This document shows, one piece after another, positions 61,419-64,000 of a DNA stretch of 64,000 nt (the stretch's first letter is position 1; each line of letters starts with the position of its first letter). This stretch comes from Oikopleura dioica (lineage: Eukaryota > Animalia > Chordata). The translations under genes and the position numbers were made by a program. Below the pieces are notes generated by a model. It saw nothing but the letters and a program-made list of their open reading frames with translations. It was not told the origin of the DNA and did no database searches. The stretch spans positions 7,874,001 through 7,938,000 of the forward strand of contig OU015569.1 of NCBI GenBank assembly GCA_907165135.1, given 5' to 3'.

Positions 61419-61991
61419 TGAAAATCACTTTTGCGGAGTAAAATTCTAACCCCCATATTTCTTGTGCTCATTAGATAGAGCAACTCCTAAGGAGTCGAAT
61501 GGTATAGTTTTTAGGGTCTGAGTCATCACCTATGACGTCATAAGGGCCCCCTTTGAAAAATGGGCATGTCCCCCTGTATCTCCGAAAATTTTCAGAAATA
61601 TATGGAGATTTTGGCATCGTTTGAAAGCCCAGCTCAAACTGGTTATGAGCACAAGGTGTGCAAGAAAAAATTTTGACGAAAAAAAATTTTTTTGGGACAA
61701 AAACTTTTCTCGAAAAAATTTTTTTCGGAATTTTTTATTGCGCACCTAATGCTCATAATCAGTTTGAGCTGGGCTTTCTAACGATATCAAAATCTCTTTA
61801 TATTTCCGAGAATTTTCGGAGATACAGGGGGACATGACTTGACATTTTCAGGTACTTTAAGCACTAGAATTAGAGATATTCTGTGGCTTGGACACATAAA
61901 AATTGTACCAATCGACTCCTCAGAACCTGCGCTACAAGATCAGCACAAAAAATATTGGGGTCCCGATTTTGCTCCGCAGAAGTCATTTTCA
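61419..61991. mobile_element. Diverged, doubly nested inverted-repeat element (old MITE/foldback); ends and TSD not identifiable
   Basis: Inner arms 61565-~61665 (CATGTCCCCCTGTATCTCCGAAAATT...) and ~61737-61836 (...AATTTTCGGAGATACAGGGGGACATG). Outer arms 61419-61512 and 61898-61991. A/T-tract palindromic core. Confidence 0.75.
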
Positions 61992-64000
61992 TCTATCAGT
62001 ATAATTTCTAATGATCGATTTCCAAAAATATTCAACAATTATCTGGAACTAAAGGAATATTTTTGAAAGATTTCCGACAGTTAACAAAAAATAATCAGAG
62101 ACATAAAACAAGAGAGTGTTATTGAGAGCAGCGGACATTTAACTCGGTAAGAATTACTTTATAAAATTTGATTTTATTCACGAGCGATGAGGGAACTTAT
62201 GCGTCGCTCAGCATCGGCTTTTAAACAAGAAATTTGTTCCATGATTGTCCTTTGTCACTTTTTTTGGTTACTTATTTGGTAAATTAAACTACATCAAAGA
62301 TCTCATAATACCCATCCAAAAGCCATTTCAATTATTCAGAGGATTACTAATTAGATTCGAGTTCCGTTTAGATTCTATGTCGTTGATGGAAACTCTATTG
62401 GGGTAAACACTAAGCTTCGCTCCTTCAGGAGAGTTAGTAATTAGTAGTAACCGGCTCCTTCTCGCTGACGCCTCTTCCGTGAATAAATCGGGAAGACGCC
62501 TGGGACTGGGCTCGTAAGATCGACGCGACAGCGACTCTTCACCTTCTTTCAAAATGGAATAGATCGACTTAGAATTGGGCTGTTGAAATCGTGTTCGGTA
62601 ACTTGATTTTAATCTCTTATTAAAATACCGTTAGAAACTCTAAAGCCCCGCCTGGAGTTCGCCCAGAAATTGTTGGTAATCAAGCTCGCGTATTTCATCT
62701 TCAAACTGCCAAAGAAATTTATTTTTTAATCTGGAGCATCAAGTTTTACGTACCCCTTTATGTCAAAGTCTGAGATGCCATTCATCAAATTTCCAAGGTG
62801 CCCCGCTGAGGTTGCCCAAACTGCGCACTAATAATGTTATAACTTATGAATAAAGAAAATCAATCCGTTCAAGAATCAAGCAGACAGTAGCTTCACTTTA
62901 GGGCTGAAACTTATTGGTAAACATCGGTTGTTTAACGGGTTTAACTAGGATAAAGCCTCACGGACTTCCGATCAGAGCACTTTAATTCTCTTAAATTGAG
63001 GAAAAGTTTTTAAGGATGTCCGAATCATCATTCCAGTTTATGTAAAACTGAAACTAAATTTTAGGTTTCAGTAATATATTTTCTCCCAAAAATTTATTCA
63101 ATTTGTCTTACATTCTAAAATGCCCATTTTGAGGAAAATTTCAGCTGACAGATTTGCGTAGGAACGTCCAGAAATGTTGTGAAAATGAAATTTATTTCAG
63201 AGAAACTTTAGGTCTAGTGACTAGAAGACGACTTCATAAAATTAATTTTGATCGGAGAAATAAGGTCGTAACTATGTTAAGATTTGGAGAAAATGGACAT
63301 CTTCTTTTGCACGAAAAACTATACCTTGAACGAAGTCGCTGAAAATTTTAAGTTGATAGGGAAGACACTCGTGCTTAGTAATAAGATCAATCAAGTCGCG
63401 AAACCTTGAGTTTTAGATCATGGATTTAAGTGATTTGAATGGGTTTACTCTTCGTATCGCTCGGTAAACAAGGAGCGCTATTTACCTGTGCCACGATAAA
63501 GGGAAAAGCAAAGTGCATTCTTATCTCGATACTCGATGTGTTTAAGGGTGTCTTGATGTCGGCTAGAGAGCTTTATAGCTCGTCCGAGGGTGATTTGCGC
63601 CGTCGTGCGGTGATCACAAGCAGGATACGGCATTTATCTTGTAGTCGAATACATCATCGCGCCAAGGAGACTAATTTACTTGAGCTTAGTTATTATTACC
63701 TAATTAGTGAATCCTTAGCCGGATTCAGTTCCGGATGAGCCGATCACTTCCATCTGCCGCCGAGCGCCAGGAGAATGTAAATATGAGCAAACAACCTCAA
63801 TTTTCTCTCATTTCTCGTCAATAATCCATCTATAAAAGTCATTCGATCCTCCTCACTGCAAATTGCATTAAATCTAGACGAACAAATTCCGATTGAGCGT
63901 GCTCCACTCGGACCCACCAAAATAAGCACTTTCTTGTTTAGTTCGAAACTAACTGTGGTCGAGCAGACGACGAAAACGTGACGTAGCCACAAATAACTCG

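Noticed and set aside
62328-63992. Minus-strand ORF fragments (62328-62552, 63744-63992 with VLILVGPSG)
   Set aside because: The P-loop-like string lacks GK[ST], I found no consistent splice path, and no family is recognisable. May belong to a gene extending beyond the window.

Overview
Eukaryotic, not prokaryotic: an extremely compact animal genome with mostly ~35-50 nt introns, very short intergenic gaps and TTTCAG/TTTTAG acceptors just before ATGs. The gene set is metazoan/chordate-like, and the pattern best fits the appendicularian tunicate Oikopleura dioica (inference). Most ORF-track entries are single exons or shadow frames, so I rebuilt gene models by hand from splice sites; exon boundaries are approximate where stated. 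Bases 1-43.2 kb hold 27 consecutive minus-strand genes arranged like trans-spliced operons: LCLAT1, C4orf33, TMEM184, ABHD13, a C2H2 ZNF, CCDC83-like, GNL3, an acidic orphan, FKBP6-like, COG2, MED22, DZIP1, TM2D2, SDE2, NCDN, a chimaerin-like RhoGAP, PABPC, CFAP45, RPS23, NAP1, RPL35A, a small orphan, CLUH, TMEM53, NOP10, CDC25 and an acid lipase. A 500-N gap lies at 24948-25447. From 43.6 kb the plus strand carries KIFBP, a GPI-anchored protein, USP25/28 (with an antisense gene nested in a 1.7-kb intron) and an IgSF receptor. A convergent inactive sPLA2-like gene and about 5 kb of mostly non-coding DNA follow. Top findings: (1) a secreted GPI protein joining a PrP/Shadoo-like N-terminal half to a Ly6/three-finger domain; (2) a CLUH intron that appears to be a TIR transposon (introner-like intron gain); (3) an unambiguous U14 snoRNA in a GNL3 intron, plus candidate H/ACA snoRNAs; (4) nested and interleaved gene pairs; (5) a 57-nt in-frame GT-AG insert in PABP RRM4; (6) three further MITE-like elements, two with clear target-site duplications. 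I found no CRISPR array, tRNA or rRNA gene.
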